This document shows positions 24,695 through 38,300 of a stretch of 64,000 nt of DNA, one piece after another. The position numbers were made by a program, and so were the translations under genes. The stretch's first letter is position 1. Every line of letters begins with the position of its first letter. The notes beneath the pieces were generated by a model. The model was not told the DNA's origin, did no database searches, and was given only the letters and a program-made list of their open reading frames with translations. This stretch comes from Sphagnum compactum. Its lineage: Eukaryota. The stretch spans positions 27,642,213 through 27,706,212 of the forward strand of contig OZ234493.1 of assembly GCA_965153455.1 (NCBI GenBank). Direction: 5' to 3'.

Positions 24695-27600
24695 TCATAG
24701 CTCTCCGGCAGAGGAGGAGATCGGTGAATGTCCTGTCACGGGGGTTTTTGATAAGATATAAATATTGGGTGATGGATGTTCTAGAGGTTGATTGGAGCTT
24801 GAATTCATGATTTGGATGTTGCACCCGGGCAGATTAGATGTGGGAGATTCAATCATACTGGTCACCGAAGCCTGATTGGGAAGATGCAGCACCGAGCTGT
24901 GAATGCTACAGGGACTGGCAGCTCCCCACGTGTCCTTCATCAAACAAGGGTGAATCTTCTCTCCTCTCTTGAGAAGACTTAAAAGACCTCTGATTTTCAT
25001 CAGGAAAGTACCCTTTTTTATCTGTGTTTCTTGGTCATCATGAGATCCACCAAAACCTGATCTGAAGTTTTTGGGATCTGCATCACCAGAAGGTGTGCTT
25101 TGTAGTTGTCACTGGAGCTGAATGCACTGTAGGAATTGACAGGTAAATTCAAATATTAATATATCAAAGTCCAAAATCTAGTTCCAAAATTTTAGTATAA
25201 CACCAAAGATGTGTAAAACTAAAATAATATTATAGTCTACCAAAACTATCATATAACATCTCTATTTTATAACTATGACAAAAACCCTTTTAACTCACTA
25301 TTTTGTGGAACTACTCTCATCCTAGCTTTTAAACAACATTAGATGGTTTAACCCTTGTGTTTTTGAGCTACCGTCACCTTAAACTAGGGGATGTGACTTC
25401 TCACCCTTGAGAAAACAAAACTGATTAACTTTATAATTGGGCTCAAAACAAATTTGATGTCAAACCTTCCAGATGGTTCTTTCAACTCAGTTGATTGCCA
25501 TCTGAGCTTGTCATCCTGTGATTCAGCAAATCCACCTCCATTCAAATCCTGATCATTTGAAGCATTAACAGCAAACTTGCCTTCATCTGTATGTTGGAAT
25601 GCATGCCTTTCAGCTGTCTTACTTTGATAGAAGATGGAATCTTCACCTCCCTTTCTATTCTGGTCATCATCCTCATACTCTGGTGCATCAAATTGCAGTT
25701 TCATTGGGCTAACTGTGAACATTCCACCAGCATCCTGATCACAAGGCAGATCATGCTCCTTGAGAGGCCCCATATTGTTATCATCATCCCTTCCAAAATC
25801 AGGCAAAGGCATGGTTTCACTTGCATATCTGCCTGGGATACTTCTGCACTGATATGAGCCCTATCATGCCCATCATTTATGTCACTGTCAAACTTAGTTC
25901 CACCACCATCCTCCACATTTCCAGCAGTTGGTGCTGTAATTTTACGGGAGTTCACCTTTCGATGCTCTGTTTCTTTTATTGCAACTCAGCACTGAACAAT
26001 CAGCAGATTCAGCAGCTGCCTTGCAGCTGCTGCAACATCAGCATAATGTACCTTCTCTATTTCAGGATCCTGGTGGGAATCAAGATTCAAAGATTCTACC
26101 ATCTTTCCTTGTGTTGCTTCATCATAATTCTGAGTGTTGCACACTACAGTTGGAGCAGGAGGAACAGGCCACTCATTCTTTCCTGCTGCTGGCATCTTTA
26201 CAAAGTGGATAATTCTCTTCTTGTCATCCTGCTTAAGAAGCTCTTGTACTGTAGGACTAGACTGTGTGAGAGGGGGTGGTGCCAGTTCAGATGTTGAAGG
26301 AGCCAGTGAATCATTGTCAAGAGGCTTCACAAGAGATTTGTTGGTAGGTGGTGGCATTTCATGTGCCTCAAGAAAGGTGGGTGGGCCATCCTGCATGGAA
26401 TTTTCATGTGTTGAGGAGCATCCAACCATGATGCCCAATTGCAACAAGAAATAGGGCATGTAAGATGTGGACAAGCAGATGCCTGGTTTCCAACATCAAA
26501 GCCCCACACTGTTTTTGTTGTTGTGTTCACCAAGTCTTGCCTTTATCAAAAGGTACAAAGGTAGTAAGAAACACATTGCTCAGGTATTTGAAAAGAGCAT
26601 AAAGAGATAGTGATGGTGTGGACAGGGAGGGAGGACAATAGCTATGTTTTCTGGTGCTTTCAGAAGTTCGGCTTCAAAGTCACTTGAATCCTACTCAATG
26701 TTGTGCTCAGCTGCAATCTCCTTCATCAGATTCAACATGACTTCCCCAATGGTGCCTGTACAGGGAGCTTTTCTATTATCTGCAAGGCCCTCATCCCCAC
26801 AACCACCGTCATTCTCCTCTCCAAGTCCACTCACCCAAGAGACAAACAAGCTTGATGTCAGCCAAATGTCTATCAACAAGAACACAAACCTTGCCAAACT
26901 CTTGAGTACTGAGTTGTATCCTTGGTACACCTGTATATAATGACCTCCAGTTTCCTCCTATCTTGACAAAATTGAGTGTAGTACATATAAGAAGCATTAG
27001 GAAAGCATATAGTATGACATTACATGTCAATTCATCCCACAGTCAGGGTTTAGCTCAGTTGCTACTGCTACAAACTCTTTACCATACTTGACAGCAAAAA
27101 AGCGCGAGGACTTGTTGCAGTTCAGGCAGATCTGCACACTGGGGCAGCGAATATCAAGCTTGAAATCGTCTCCTTCAAATCCAAAGGGCAAATCCTGTGA
27201 CACACAAATAAGAAGAAAGACCACACAAAACCCAAAACTATTTTGTAAGATGTCACAACAAACATGACCCATCTTGGCTAATGCTTTCCTTTTGATCTAT
27301 ACAGATTTTCTCATACCTACTCAACTCAATAGATTCCCTGAGCATGTATTGTAGGCAATAATCAGTGACTTGGGTGGAAGGACTTTCTCATGCAGATCTG
27401 ATTTGCTTTTTGAACCCAGCAACTGCACTACAAAATAAAGGAGGATCAGCACATACTTCTGAGATTCGATAATAGGAAGGCGAACAGTGACAAGTCCACA
27501 GATAAAGCTCAAGCATGTCATACACTGCCAAGAGGTTTTCCTCCCTGAAAATGTGCTCCACCTGCCGTTCCACAAGATCAATCCAAACATGATATGTGAA

Positions 27601-27850
27601 AGACTTGCATTCTCAGATAATTCTGTACTTCCACATATATCCATGAAACAGAAGATCACCGGAAAAGCTCTACAACAACGTGTGTATGTGATGGGTATTG
27701 TTGTATGTGTCATTTTAAGTTTAGGGGGGAAGAGAGAGGAGAGGAGAAAACGCACTCTAATGCGAGCACTGGGCTCCTGGCAAGAAGTAAGAAGCTGTGC
27801 AATTTCTTTCCGCAGCTGCTTGATCTGGAGGTCATGTTTGTTGCGAAGCA
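24695..27850 (-). pseudogene. IST1: IST1-like (regulator of Vps4, ESCRT-III) pseudogene, multi-exon
   Basis: Exon pieces LLRNK..QIKQLRKEIAQLL...ARIR | VEHIFREENLLAVYDMLELY/CGLVTVRLPIIESQK | ICPLDLKETISSLIFAAP/CADLPELQQV..F/AVKYGKEFVAVATELNPDCGMN* | IIEKL...LMKEIAAEHNIE*D, with GT-AG introns. Several frameshifts, CGA>TGA and TGG>TAG stops, and the first coding segment is missing. The 3' end is approximate. Confidence 0.85.
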
Positions 27851-28340
27851 GAGGAGAGGCAGTAGCATTATGACGACGAGTTGGAAGCGGCATCTGGTGC
27901 TATCTTCAAGGTTTCTTCTGAATGCTGCCTCCTGGTGGCGCACAATTCATGAGGTTCTTTTCCTTTCCTTTTGTCCGCCGCGTCTTTGTTAGTTGTTGTT
28001 GTGTCTTCTGTCAATCCGTAGCTACTAGTAGTTCAGAAACAGCTGCAGCGGCTGATCGTTTCGTTTCCCTTACATCTTTTTCTCTGTGGAAGCATGAACT
28101 TGCATTGATTCAAACCGAAAGCCGAGGTATGAGCTCCCATTTCTATGCCTCTTGGAGCATGCTCGTTTGCAGTTCTTTCACTTGCAAGTTTTCCTCTCTC
28201 TAGAGCTCCTTATTCATCTCTCTTCTCTTCAATTAGGGGAGATATATGCATGTCTTTTGCATGTCTGTTTATCTGTCTGTCTCTCCCTCCTTCCAACTCT
28301 CCATGTTGAACCTGAAATCATGATCTTACTAGATGAGCAC

Positions 28341-29046
28341 AATCCACCACAAGATATTGCTATGATTGATGCACGAAGGGGGGCAAATATATTCTGAAAA
28401 GTTGATGTTCCTGTGGTGGATCTTACATTCTATTCATATGTTTTCTTTCTTCTATTTCTCTTGCCATGCCACTATAGTCTGCTTACAGTCAGTTGAGCCT
28501 CACATTCTATGGAATCATGTACTGGGAAAGCAAGTATTCAATGTTAACAAGAAACAGGTGCTGCTCCAGATACTGGGATTGATTGAGAACAGGAGCTTTC
28601 TTTAAGTGTCCCAAGTGTGGTGAATGGTGTGATGTTTTTGGTCACGGCAGTGCTCAGTCAACAACACAGGAGATGGATATGGAGTTTCTTGGAGAGGTAC
28701 CCAACAATCCCCACGCTGCACATTTTCTCCATGTGTTGTGCATTTGCTCAAAGTGCAGGAGCACGCATGATGATCAATCAATCCAACCCACAAAATAATG
28801 CAACACAGTGGGGTGGCTATCTCAGACTTTTCAGAGTCATCTGAACATGCTGCAATGGCTTGATGGCAGGTGCCTCTGAACATTGCAATCCGAGAAACAT
28901 CAGATGCAGGAAGTCCAATAGTGGCAGCTTCACCCTCCAGTGAAGTGGCAATGGTGTACAAGGGCATTGCAGTCCGATTAGCTGCTAAGCTACAGGACTG
29001 GACATCATCTGGAGCTGGAGCTGGGCCTAAAATCACCATACAATAA
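28341..29046 (+). pseudogene. INDH: 5'-truncated Mrp/NBP35-family Fe-S carrier (INDH/Ind1/NUBPL-like) pseudogene, last three exons
   Basis: Exon ~28341-28412: PQDIAMIDARRGANIF*KVDVP. Exon 28570-28696: ILGLIENRSF/FKCPKCGEWCDVFGHG...FLGE, with CxxC and a +1 frameshift. Exon 28870-29046: VPLNIAIRETSDAGSPIV...stop. The P-loop exons are absent. Confidence 0.85.
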
Positions 29047-29899
29047 CTTTCTGGCAAGCCATCTGCAATGGCCATCAAGATGGAGGACAGTCCTGTCTTC
29101 ATCTTTCAAACAATCTCTGAAGAAAAGGGAGAAGATAGAAGCATCAGTGAAAATTCTCCACTCTCAATGCTGGAATTCCAATTTGTTGTCTAGAGGTTCC
29201 TCTGATCCAGTCTTCAGCAATGTGGCCCTAGCTCCCCAAACAACAGAACCATCTTATATGACAGTGAGGCAAATTTTGTAGAAACATTTTCACAATGATG
29301 GCCCTTCACAATATGGAAGATGGATGTTGATGCAGGCGAGCAGCATTTATGTACAGAATCTCATTGTTCAAAATCTCAGTGGTAGTTTCTTTTTTGCGAA
29401 GCAAGCAGACATCATCATGCAGGTTGGGCTTGCTTCAAACAATGATTTTCTTTTCCCAATTTTGATTTGTGTGAAAAATCCACCATCAACAAATGAATGA
29501 ATAATGTTTCCAGGGACCAATAATGCTCTTCAAGCCCAGACTGCTTTTCCAGGTTCTTGAAGGAAGAAACCAGCATGCACTGAACAAGAACTACAGAACC
29601 ACCCATACTTATGCACCCAGTCATGTTGTTTTGCTCTTTATGAGACTGATTGCCAGTGACTCACATCCTTGATTTTATTGAAAATGGAGAGAGTTACTTG
29701 CAAAGTGTGAGCGCCCTGTGAAAAAACAAATGCTCTGCAACGGTATAAAAATGAGCTCTGTTCTTGGTTTTCTTCAATGCTTCATCGTTCCACAAGTGCA
29801 ATGAAAAATGCAATTGGGGAATTGAAACTCTGCATAGAGAAAGAGTAATGTGCGCCCCCGCCCACACACACACACACAATATGGAAATGTATAGCAACT

Positions 29900-30450
29900 A
29901 AGAATCTCCTTGAGGAAGACGAGGCTCCAATGAAGAATCTATGGGAGAACTAATCTCCAACGAGGAATCTCTCGCAAAAAATTGAACGAAGAATCTCTCG
30001 GAGAATGGAATCCCCAACGAGGAATCTATCCAGAACGAATCTCCAACGAGGAATCTCTCGGAAAATGAATGAAGAACCTTTACGAACGAATTTCCAACGA
30101 AGAATCTATCGGAACGTATCTCCAACGAGGAATCGCTCGGAGAATATATCCAACGCGAACGAATCTCCAACGAGGAATCTCTCGGAGAATGAACGAAGAA
30201 TCTTTCCGCGAACGAATCTCTAACGACGAATCTGGAGGAAAATGAACGAAGAATCTATCTTCGAACGATTCTCCAACGAAGAATCTAATCTTCAACGAAT
30301 CACCAACGAGGAATCTCTCGGACAAAAATGAACGAAGGATCTCTCTCGGAGAATGAAATCTCCAACGAAGAATCTATTGGGAGAGCGAATCTCGGGGAAT
30401 CTCTGGGAAAACTGAATCTCCAACGATGAATGTCTCAGAGAGAATGACGC
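29900..30450. repeat. Irregular CpG-rich minisatellite built from GAATCTCCAACGA(A/G)GAATCT
   Basis: More than 12 copies of the core, with related linkers (ctcggagaatgaacgaa). Lies ~220-770 bp upstream of the PLSP1 ATG. Confidence 0.9.
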
Positions 30451-30672
30451 TTTTTTCAGATGGAGCGAACGGTGTTTGGCAACAAGGGGGGGTCGACAAA
30501 GTGACGATGACGACGGATGAGAGCTGGAGAAAAGGGGGAAAAAAGAAGATCCTTTGTTTGCTGACTGCATCACAATTCCAGGTTTTGCAATGGGAAGTCT
30601 TATTCTGATGTGACAGCAGTTGTTGTAAATTGAAGCTTTGTTTTTTTCCCTCTTATATGAAGTGCAGAATAG

Positions 30673-33600
30673 ATGGCAGCAGCAGCAGCAGCTCATGTAC
30701 TAGTCTCCTCCTCCTGCTGCTGCTACACTGCTGTGAACCAGAGCTTTGCCTTGACTGTGAAGAAGCAGGCACGAATTGCACCTGGGAAGCTTATTCTTCG
30801 CGATACTCAATGGCTGACACCAGCAAGCCTGGGTGAAGAAGATCATCATCATCATCATCATGTGAGCGTGAGGTCAAGCCATGGACTGAGAAAAGGAATC
30901 TCCAACAGAGAGATTATTACATGTAAATTACTTTGTGTAGCGGCAAAGTCCGGATTCCTTACAGCTCTGCAGAGGCTTGAGGTGTCTCATAACCATGTAC
31001 AAAGAGTTGCTTCTGCAGCTGCTGCTACGGCTTCGTGCAAAGCGTTGAGTGAAAGCTCAAGCGCTAGGCAGCAGAAGGGCGGCGATGTCGCTGAACCTAA
31101 TTTTGGGGGTGGAGGTGGTGATGGAGACAATGGTGGCGAGGATGGAGACGAGAAGAAGGAGGATATTGACGATGGAGAAGATTTGCAAGAGAAGAAGAAA
31201 GAGGGGATCAGCGGGTGGCTACCAGATTGGATCAATCTTTCCACCGAAGATAGCAAAACCATTCTTGCGGCTTTTACTGTTTCTCTTGTCTTCAGATGGT
31301 TTATTGCTGAGCCCAGATACATCCCTTCTCTCTCCATGTATCCCACATTCGAAGTTGGCGACCGCATCATCGCTGAGAAGGTACGTAGGTATGACGATGA
31401 TAGGTCCACAATCGGAACAAACTCTTTCTTTCTTTCTTTCTTTCTTTCTTCTTCAGCAGATTCGGGCAAATGTCGGTGGTGACCTAATTAGGGTTAGGGT
31501 TTCAGATTCGCAGAATGCAAACGTACCTTATCAAGTATCAAAGAAACTGGAAATCCAACAATGTTGGTCTCTGAAACTATGATGCTTTAGATCAACATCT
31601 TTGATGAGTTTTCTGTTGCAAATTAGAGCAAAAAAAACCCTAATCAGGGTTAGGGTTTCAGGTTCCAGCAGAATGCAAGTACATTATCAAATATCGAAAA
31701 AACTCGAAACTCAATGTCAATCTTTGAGACTATAATCCTTAAATCAACATCTTTGATGAGCTTTCTGTTGCAAATGAGTGCTAACACCCTTAATTAGGGT
31801 TACGGTTAGGGTTTCAGGTTAAAGCAGAATGCAAGTACATTATGAAATATCAAAGAAACTGGAGACTCAATCTCAATTTCTGAAACTATGATGCTTAAAT
31901 CAACATCTTTGATTAACTTTCTGTTGCAAATTAGAGCTTAAAAACCTAATTAGGGTTAGGTTTCAGTATTGAGCAGTATGCAAGTACCTTATCAAATATC
32001 AAAGAAACTAGGAACTCACTGTTCATCTCTGAAACTGTGATGCTTAAATCAAAAAAATTGATGAGCTTTTTGTTGCAAATTTTATGTTCTTGTGTTACAA
32101 TTTATGGCTGCCATATGGGGGGGGAAAGCAGTCTGCAACAGACATGGAAATTTCAAACCACAACAGCAAACTACAGAACATGACTCTGTCAACTTTTTGA
32201 GGGTTTCAGAAGAACAACGATTGGGAATGAGGATTGTGGAATTGACAAATACTTCAATGTTGGCGGTTTTCCTTTTGTGCAGGTTTCTTATTACTTTCAG
32301 AAGCCAAGTGTAAATGACATTGTAATATTCAAGGCTCCCGAAGCATTGCAGGTGTGAATCTGAAATTTTTTATTCTAGCTTTGACTGTGAATTGGGTTTC
32401 ATTTCTTCTTGGAGATATCAATAGAAAGTCTGTGGTATTTAGTACATTAGCCTGATAGGTACTGACTGGAACTCTGAGCAATCACTCTATAAAACAGTTC
32501 TGATTAGCAATGCTGTGCATGATTGCGCCATATTTTTGCTCCTATCACTTTAACATGAAGCAGCATACAATTGACTAATGATTGGCACATTGGTCACTCT
32601 TCACTATGCTATCTGCAAAGTTGTATTCCCTTGAGTCTAGAAATTTTCCAGTTCAATTTTATGATTGAAGTTAGAACACACATTTCCTCTCTGAACAAAT
32701 AGCATGCCATGACATAGAAGTTAGCAACAGATTTTATGTCAAATTGAGTTTGTTTGTGAACATTTGAACCATGTTTGCCACAGAGTCTAGAACTGATGGG
32801 GAATCCGGGTGTTGGGTTTTCCAGGAAAAGGGTTATGCTGCTGGAGAGGTTTTTGTTAAAAGAATAGTGGCACAAGCTGGTGACATTGTAGAGGTATTGC
32901 AACTCTACTATAAAAATTGAGTGGTCAGCACTAATTCTTTCCTCTGGTTCTGTCCCCGTCTCCAGCTGGAATGAGGGTTCTATTTACAAGTTGAAGTTGT
33001 GGTTCTTGTATTCTATCAATTTAAGGAGAGATAGATTTGTCCATTTGCAGTGGAACCCGACACAGATTGAGAGGGAGAACAGACTTATGTGATTTGTCGC
33101 ATTTGGTTCTTGCGTTCAGACCACCATCACAGTGTCATATACTTTGTCTGCAGTAGACATCTTCATATAAACCAGATATATCATAGATTTGGAGTTTTTT
33201 GTTGTGTTGCACAGATTTTTTGGCTATGTTTCTGATGTTCACATGGTGATTCTCAAGCTCTAAAGATTATCACTGTTGTTTAGAGTATCCAACATACATT
33301 ACTGAAATTCTTAAATGTTTGACAGGTGCATAAAGGGAAGGTGTATGTGAATGGCCAAATGAAGTCAGAAGACTTTATTGCAGAACCTCCGGTTTATGAC
33401 ATGAAGCCCACTGTATGTGCCTATCCTGTATTTTAAATACAGACACATAATTTGAGACCTTCACCTAGGATCTGCGCACAAGGGTTTAGGGTTTAGGGTT
33501 TGGTGCTTGCAAAAATTGCAGTTGGGTTTGAAGATAATTGAGAATCATTCGAAGAAATCTTTGCATCCGGTTACAACTCTGAAAAACCCCTTGTTAGAGG

Positions 33601-34392
33601 TATGTGTCTTAGTATCTTGTATGGTCATAGGTTTCTCATCTACCTTGCTAAAATCTCCTCAGTTTTGAAGTGATAGCCAATTTGTTCCTCTTAGTTCTGA
33701 TTTTCTGTTTTGGAAATTTTCAGGCTGTTCTTTGTGGGTATCATTCTAAATGCATTTGACTATAGATACTGAACACCAGTGTTGTCCATAATGTGCATAC
33801 ACTGTCTAATGGATCAATTGCATTCTACTGAGTACTTTCCTTGGGTTTTCCCAGTATGTACCTGAAGGCAATGTATTTGTGATGGGTGATAACCGCAATA
33901 ACAGCTATGACTCTCACCTATGGTATGCATATGCTGCTTACCTTATCTCTTGTGGGCATTTTGTAGCAGTATTTTCTTTCCAGTATGAATGAATAGATTT
34001 TGAATGCACCTGTTTCATTGAAAACTTCTGATTCTATGTCAGATTTTTTGTGCTTAGGATTCAATCCACCCACCCAAATTCTCCCTGCAGCATCATGTTT
34101 TTTCATCATGAATGATTTCTTCATCTCATTTAAAATCCAGGTTGAAGTGCTGAGGTACCCAGTTTTTGGTTTCTGGTCCATCAGCATATGGCATTTGGCC
34201 TCAGGTTATTGAATCTTTTCAGTTGTTTGCAATGGCAGGGGCCCACTTCCTTTGAAGAATATACTGGGACGGTCAGTCATGCGGTACTGGCCCCCCACTC
34301 GGTTAGGCAGCACTGTACTTGATACAGAGCAGGATAGTTTGGCAAAACCCGCAATTCCAATTTTACCAGCAATAGGTGTGCCTAGGCCATAG
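30673..34392 (+). CDS. PLSP1: Plastidic type I signal peptidase / thylakoidal processing peptidase (S26 family)
   Basis: Exons 30673-31380, 32283-32351, 32825-32893, 33326-33412, 33855-33922 and 34239-34392, all GT-AG and in frame. Transit-peptide-like N-terminus, Gly/acidic linker, TM segment, catalytic Ser box [14 protein letters not shown], Lys box FVKRIVA, then [11 protein letters not shown] and WGPLP...RYWPP. Confidence 0.95.
31483..32080. repeat. Intronic tandem repeat, ~152-156-bp unit x4, each unit starting with a telo-box-like tagggttagggttt
   Basis: Units start at about 31483, 31639, 31789 and 31945. Shared text: gcagaatgcaa.tac.ttatcaa.tatcaaagaaact...tgaaactatgatgct.aaatcaacatctttgatgag.tttctgttgcaaat. 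Confidence 0.9.
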
Positions 34393-35002
34393 CCTAGCAA
34401 GATTGCAAGTAGCTTGAATGGTTGATTTTGTCATGTATGTAAATGAGCATGACAAAGTACTCCATTAGTGTTGGCTACAGTATCTGCCATTCTGTCTTCT
34501 ACCTAAGACATATATTCCTGCAAGAATGGAAGTGAAAATTGAGGTTCAATTTTGCAGATATTCTTTTAATTGCTCATTTTTTTAGTCCTCAGCTGATAGC
34601 ATCAAAATGGGAAGGTCTTGAGCAAGCTGTTTTGTCCTTCTACATCATCCCATGAGCCGTCGGCAAGAAAGTCTAAAACCTTTGTGAAGAAACCTTCTTT
34701 TGTTGGACGCCTTGTCATGTGGCAACAGGGATGTGGGTGTTGTTGCATTGAGCTTGTTGCACCTGTTCAGTGCTTCCCCTTGTGATCATTCAAGAGCTAA
34801 ATCAACATTGCAGATTAATTTAATCTATGATAACACAATGTTCCTGGTGCAACTCTTCCACTTTAATCCTACATGGATGGAAGTAGGAGAGTCATGTAGG
34901 AGAACAAAGTACGAAGCCTCTTGCAGGTGGAAGGTGCCTGCTCCTACTTGTGATCTATGAATGTCTAGTCTCATCATAATGTTTGTCTTGTGCTTTCCAA
35001 TG

Positions 35003-35378
35003 AGTAAGGCACATGGGTGAGGGACATTCGCCAAATGTGGGGCTGGACTCTACTAACACATCATTCTACACCCCTTATTTCAGGAATGCCCCACCCTTGG
35101 GCCTTACCCTATGCATTAAAACCTGACATAACTTTGTAAGGTACCTCCTATTTTTTAGAAGGCATTATTAATGTGCATAAGTTGCCCTCCAAAAATACAC
35201 TAAGAAATTTCTCCAAGTGCTTTGCGGGAGTTTTGTCATGTTGGAAAAGGGCTGGTCACATTGGGGGAGTTGTGTGCAGGGTAAAGCCCCAGGGTGGGGG
35301 CATTCCCAAAAGGAAGGGCCTAGGATGAGGTGGTAGCCAAATCTATACTCACATTTTGGGAATGTCCTGGCTTTACCC
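35003..35378. mobile_element. MITE-like element with ~105-bp inverted arms
   Basis: ggacattcgccaaatgtgg...ggaatgccccacccttgggccttaccct (35003-35115) is inverted at 35274-35378. A lone related arm lies at ~905-1020. Confidence 0.6.
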
Positions 35379-38300
35379 ATTCGAAAGCAGAGGGCAAAAT
35401 ATTATCATGAACCTAAACGTACCTAGATTACAAGGCATAAGACAGTTTTTACACTACTCTTTAAGAGTGGGCAGGACACAGTTTTTTACAGCTACTCATT
35501 AAGAGTAGGAATGGTCTTACAGCTATGAGTAGGTGTAAGACACGGATATAAGTCGCCTTCCAAGTACACTAGGCAATAGTTGAGCGCTGGCCTGATTCTG
35601 GTAATGTCCTTGCCCTCAGGCGTTCCCACACATAAAGACGCTGCAGAAAGTTTCTTCTTCTCTCTATGTGGCCAAGATCTGCAGAAAATGGAAGAACCTG
35701 CTCCTAGCATATAAGATCCCACCATGGAACACAAAATATTGCCTAAGTTATTGATTATATCCTAATTTCATAAACCTAATATATCCCTAATTGTTAATCG
35801 TAATATATAATTATGTCCCTAATTAAATCCTCTAATACATCCCCAAGATCATCAGCAACCATAACCAACCTTATTTGAACTTAAGCAAAATAGTGATTCA
35901 TTTTTAATGTTGTCATAGCATATTATGTATTCCCCTAATTATCTGCTAATTATATATCCGAACATATTAATTGTACACCTATTCAGTTAATATTTTCATA
36001 ACAATTATGTCATAGTGACCTTAATGTAACTGAGTTCAACTCTGATACATGTTTAATCAATCTTCATTCATACTTGCCATGGTATCATAGTATGTCCCAA
36101 TTTATAACAACCTTCATATGACCTTAATCACCTAAAAATGATTTTTGATCAACTTCAACATAATGCTAATGTAAATTTAGTCAATTGAACATGTCTACCT
36201 ATAATCAGCCCTTATACAACTTTCATAAACTAGAATTAGCAAATCTACTTTCCATTTGATTTGGCATCATCATGGTCACGTACCTTCATTCCATATTCAA
36301 CTAGCATGCGAACATACTCCATGTTGAATGATGCCTACTCCATGACTAATCTTGTTGGTCCAAGTTTTCGGAGCTAACACAAGGAATTTCTTTCATTATT
36401 TGATTAGTGTATGCAAAAGAAGAGTATATCTCTCCCTATTGCACATTTCACAAAACAAACACGATCATGAAATTTCACTTGATTGAGCGATTATGGGAGG
36501 TAAAAACATTGAATTAGGAGGAGGTTCTTCCTATTCTGGAGTAAGCTTGTGATTGACCAAGGCTAGGTAGGCGTCTTGAGGAAAATATTTTCCAAGCTAG
36601 GGTCCATGGACTTTGGATGATTATTGGCACTACAATGAACAACTAGATAGGCAACCAACTAACTCAATTGGAGAGGTAGGTACCAAAAACATTACTATGT
36701 AATAGGGGTTGTATGTAGTGAATCTCATGGTGTCATTGGTTCAATGTTTAAGCAAGTAGGGATGTACTACGTACTTACTACAATGAGTTACATATAGTAG
36801 TGTGGAAGGATTTTTTTGTCTTTTTCCTTTGTTCTTAATGTGTTCTCATCAAGTTTTCAAATTCTCAAAGTGTTCTCAAATATATTCCCCAAGATGTTCC
36901 CAATAGCATATCAGATTTATCCCATATATTTTGCCTAAAGTTCAACTTTCATGTTTTAAAAACTGAACAAGTGAAATAAAAGGGAGCACTTTTGTTTCTA
37001 TTTTGCAACTGGGGTCCAAAGAGGTTCTTTTATTGGGAAATGCACAATGTTCCAAAAAAATTGATGATGGGCCAATCATTATGGGTCCTTTAAAAATATA
37101 TATATAAAGTTATGATTGCAACTTTAACAACAAACAAAATAATTACTAGTAATTACAAATAATAGTATTAGTGTTGGGGTAATAATATAGATAAAAATAG
37201 GGAATAAATAATGAATCTCATGAGCCCTAGAAGGAGAATCTTTTGACTAAGGGCATAGGGGTTGATTATGAATAATTTAGATAACTATTTCAGATTAGTA
37301 ATAATGGGAGGTCAAGTATGTAGATTTGATCAAATCTTAGATTCTCAATAATGTAAAACCTATCCATAGAAGGATGGGAAGTCATAAGTGGCACTTGCTG
37401 ATTGGTTTGATACATGGGGAATAAATGTAAATAAATGTGGTTAATTATTCATCTATTTATTTTTTTAAAATATATAAGGGATAAAAATTAGAGCTTTTGA
37501 GCTCATAATTTGCATTCAATAACTTCATGTTGTTAGTTGGATCAAAACTTGTAGATGCATCATATGTAAATAAGAGTCTTTAGAATAAAAATGCGAACAT
37601 TATTGTGAATACCATTTTGTAAATTTTATAATCTTTAGTGAATGATCCTCATAAAGGAAAATCTTTAGGTGTGTGCGATGAACTCCCTTGGGGTGTAATT
37701 CTCACATAAAGATTCAACTTTAAGCACGTAGGTGATCCTATCCCAAAATAGTGTAAAGTTTCATATTGGAAACCATGTGAATGATGAATATTGCAAAGGT
37801 TGTTTTGAAATATGTTTGATTGTCTACCCATGTGCTAGAAGGGATTAATCAAAAAAATTCATAATTCCAAACCCCATCCTAGGCTACACAACCATGAACT
37901 AATTAATATGAATCACAATAGGTACGGTGTTGTCACTTGATTTCTAACCTACACATAACATATTATTTATTTGGGTAGTACATATTGCATACTCGTGTTT
38001 AACCATTTTTCTTATGAAATAATTCATGCATGAGACTTCACAACCGGTCATTCATGTTCACTTGGGCTATTACCCAGCTCAAAATAAGGGCTCAAGGATA
38101 AGAACACAATGAATTAAACCAAAAAAATAGTCAACATGCAATTAATCACGTGACATTCACAAGTAAACATGAAAGTAGTTAAAGACTTCTTTTTAAAGTA
38201 GGACCCAAACTTCCAAGTCTTTTATTAATCTCATGAGAACAACCTAAAGTTTGAGAAACGATTGTAACATAAAAGTACATTAAAACACATTTAAATAATA

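Noticed and set aside
27321-27893. 190-aa ORF as an intact IST1 protein
   Set aside because: It reads through introns and changes frame relative to the IST1 homology. The spliced model has frameshifts and stops.
29900-30450. CRISPR array, or coding ORFs 29898-30170, 30005-30223 and 30080-30325
   Set aside because: The linkers are short and built from the same words. The ORFs are by-products of a stop-poor repeat.
30673-31482. 269-aa single-exon protein
   Set aside because: Homology stops at IIAEK (31380), where a GT donor begins. The tail is intron read-through.
33481-33501. Telomere or interstitial telomeric array
   Set aside because: Only about three TTTAGGG-like units inside an intron, which is telo-box scale.
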